Shown here in pieces: positions 62,107 to 64,000 of a DNA stretch of 64,000 nt. Where the stretch lies: NCBI GenBank assembly GCA_029251265.1, contig JAQXDR010000070.1:11724-75723 (forward strand), read 5' to 3'. The position numbers and the translations under genes are program-made. The notes beneath the pieces were generated by a model. The model saw nothing but the letters and a program-made list of their open reading frames with translations, was not told the origin of the DNA and ran no database searches. Each line of letters starts with the position of its first letter. Positions within the stretch are counted from its first letter, which is position 1. Source of the stretch: Pseudoprimorskyibacter sp. Its GTDB lineage: Bacteria; Pseudomonadota; Alphaproteobacteria; Rhodobacterales; Rhodobacteraceae.

Positions 62107-63303
62107 ATGGCACCGGGCAATCGCGTCCTTTTGATTATTTCGGGCGGTATCGCAGCCTATAAATCCCTGGAATTGATACGGCTTCTCAAAAAGTCAGGCA
62201 TAGATGTATCGCCGGTGATGACGCCGTCCGCCGCAGAATTCGTGACTCCTTTGTCTGTGTCAGCGTTGAGCGGTGAGAAGGTGTATACAAGCCTTTTCGA
62301 TCTAACAGACGAAGCTGAGATGGGTCACATACAGCTTAGCAGGGTGGCAGATCTAGTTGTGGTCGCCCCTGCAACGGCCCATCTCATGGCGCGTGCGGCA
62401 CAGGGCCAAGCAGATGACCTTGCGACAACGGTATTGCTTGCGACTGACACACCCGTGCTTATGGCGCCAGCGATGAACGTTCGCATGTGGGATCATCCTG
62501 CCACACAGCGCAATTGTGAACAGCTTGTCAGAGATGGTGTGCAATTTGTGGGTCCGAACAAGGGTTCTATGGCCTGCGGAGAATACGGATCTGGCCGAAT
62601 GGCAGAACCATCTGAGATTTGTCAAGCAGTTCAGGCCCGTCTGACAACCGGGCCCTTAACAGGCAAAAAGATCGTCGTCACGTCGGGGCCAACCCATGAA
62701 CCGATTGATCCCGTCCGATATATTGCCAATCGCTCCTCTGGAGCTCAAGGAACTGCACTGGCCGTAGCCCTCAGGGATCTAGGGGCCGATGTAACCTTTG
62801 TGACTGGCCCCGCCGATGTGGCTCCGCCGCAGGGCGTGCGTGTGGTGTCCGTGCAAACAGCTTTTGAAATGCAGCTGGCCGTATCAGAAGCGTTACCCGC
62901 GGATGCCGCCATATTTGCTGCGGCGGTTTCTGATTTCAGGATAGCACAGCCGAACTCAAGCAAAATCAAGAAAGACGGAGACGCAGCTCCGCAACTCGAA
63001 TTTGCTCTGAACCCTGATATTTTAGCGGGGATTGCACAGCTGCAGGATGGTCGCCCCGGTCTTGTCGTGGGGTTTGCGGCGGAAACGGATGATGTGATCG
63101 CGCATGCAACGGCCAAAAGAAGCCGCAAGGGGTGCGATTGGATTGTGGCCAACGATGTGCGTCCGGATACCGGCATTATGGGGGGCACAGAAAATGCCGT
63201 GACACTGATCACAGCATCTGGTTCAGAAAGCTGGCCACGTATGTCCAAAACCGCAGTTGCGCAGGCCCTTGCGCAGCGTATTGCAGATACGTTGTCAGAG
63301 TAG
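62107..63303 (+). CDS. coaBC: Phosphopantothenoylcysteine decarboxylase/synthetase
   Basis: GGIAAYK, HIQL, PAMNVRM, ACGEYG.GR, DPVRYIANRSSG, GFAAET. Confidence 0.97.
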   Translation: MAPGNRVLLIISGGIAAYKSLELIRLLKKSGIDVSPVMTPSAAEFVTPLSVSALSGEKVYTSLFDLTDEAEMGHIQLSRVADLVVVAPATAHLMARAAQGQADDLATTVLLATDTPVLMAPAMNVRMWDHPATQRNCEQLVRDGVQFVGPNKGSMACGEYGSGRMAEPSEICQAVQARLTTGPLTGKKIVVTSGPTHEPIDPVRYIANRSSGAQGTALAVALRDLGADVTFVTGPADVAPPQGVRVVSVQTAFEMQLAVSEALPADAAIFAAAVSDFRIAQPNSSKIKKDGDAAPQLEFALNPDILAGIAQLQDGRPGLVVGFAAETDDVIAHATAKRSRKGCDWIVANDVRPDTGIMGGTENAVTLITASGSESWPRMSKTAVAQALAQRIADTLSE

Positions 63304-63309
63304 TCTCAC

Positions 63310-63759
63310 ATGCATGCCCTAAAATTCAAACGATTGCCACAAAATGTGGATCTTCCTTTGCCAGCCTATGCCACGGCCGGGGCGGCTGGAATGGATCTGC
63401 GGGCGTGTCTCCTGGATTCCGCTGTTGTTATTCTTCCCAACAAAATCGCGATTATTCCTACTGGCTTTGCGGTCGAACTGCCGCCCTCTACCGAAATGCA
63501 GATACGGCCAAGATCGGGACTGGCGGTACGCCATGCGATGTTGGTGCCCAATAGCCCGGGAACGGTTGATCAGGACTACCGCGGCGAAATCAGGGTCGCG
63601 TTGCTAAACGCCGGCTCTGAGGCATTTACAATCTCGCATGGGGAGCGCATTGCCCAAGCGGTGATCGCCGCGGTGTTGCGTCCCAATATAGAAGAAACGT
63701 CCGATCTGAGCGCGACAACACGCGGCGAGGGTGGGTTTGGATCAACGGGACGCACCTGA
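63310..63759 (+). CDS. dut: dUTP diphosphatase
   Basis: AGMDL, RPRSGLA, PGTVDQDYRGE, RGEGGFGSTG. Confidence 0.97.
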   Translation: MHALKFKRLPQNVDLPLPAYATAGAAGMDLRACLLDSAVVILPNKIAIIPTGFAVELPPSTEMQIRPRSGLAVRHAMLVPNSPGTVDQDYRGEIRVALLNAGSEAFTISHGERIAQAVIAAVLRPNIEETSDLSATTRGEGGFGSTGRT

Positions 63760-63842
63760 GCGTTCCATTTCAAACCGACGCTTTCTTATTGGGTTTCGCG
63801 CCGCGGCGGGCTACCTCCAACGGGTGACGTGAAAGGCAAACA

Positions 63843-64000
63843 ATGGCACGCATCCTCTTATTGGCACTGATCTTCTGGGTGTTGACAGGACCTTGGCTTG
63901 GTAAACGCTTTGGTCGCAAAGCTATGTTGACGCTTTCTGTCCGGATGGCAGTTATATTCGGCGGCTACATTGTCGTTCTTGGTATTACCTTTGTCTCGCC
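63843..64000 (+). CDS. Partial ORF with hydrophobic N-terminus, running off the window (possibly MoeB/ThiF family by synteny)
   Basis: ATG 63843 after GAAAGG; MARILLLALIFWVLTGPWLGKRFGRKAMLTLSVRMAVIFGGYIVVLGITFVS, open to the window end. Confidence 0.45.
   Translation, partial: MARILLLALIFWVLTGPWLGKRFGRKAMLTLSVRMAVIFGGYIVVLGITFVS

Overview
Chromosomal window from a marine Roseobacter-group alphaproteobacterium (Rhodobacterales). This is inferred from gene content and order: dmdA, metZ-folE2-trkH, DUF1127 plus cuckoo sRNAs, rpsT-dnaA-dnaN-recF, mutM/ubiE-ubiB and rpoH2-coaBC-dut. Most of it is housekeeping: ptsP, lysC, argD-argF, valS, ftsY, metG, accA, ftsK, lolA, the dnaA region, tRNA-Thr(UGU) and tRNA-Ala(GGC). 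The points of most interest are: (1) a tightly coupled operon placing two uncharacterised Cys/Met-rich proteins (DUF2182 membrane protein, DUF1326) ahead of the DMSP-demethylation genes dmdB and dmdA; (2) an apparently leaderless 12-codon Arg-containing uORF plus terminator-like hairpin upstream of argD-argF, a candidate arginine attenuator; (3) a six-hairpin anti-Shine-Dalgarno (cuckoo/CcsR-type) sRNA array behind a DUF1127 gene; (4) a SAM-II riboswitch with terminator before metZ; (5) a tRNA-bounded islet with a 5'-frameshifted KAP NTPase; (6) a decayed islet with an IS3 fragment and an orphan asparagine-synthetase-like gene; (7) a stand-alone motA plus partner gene, followed by an AT-rich rpoH2 upstream region with a CtrA box, an ECF-type promoter and a parS-like palindrome. 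All family assignments come from motif recognition by eye; no database searches were run.
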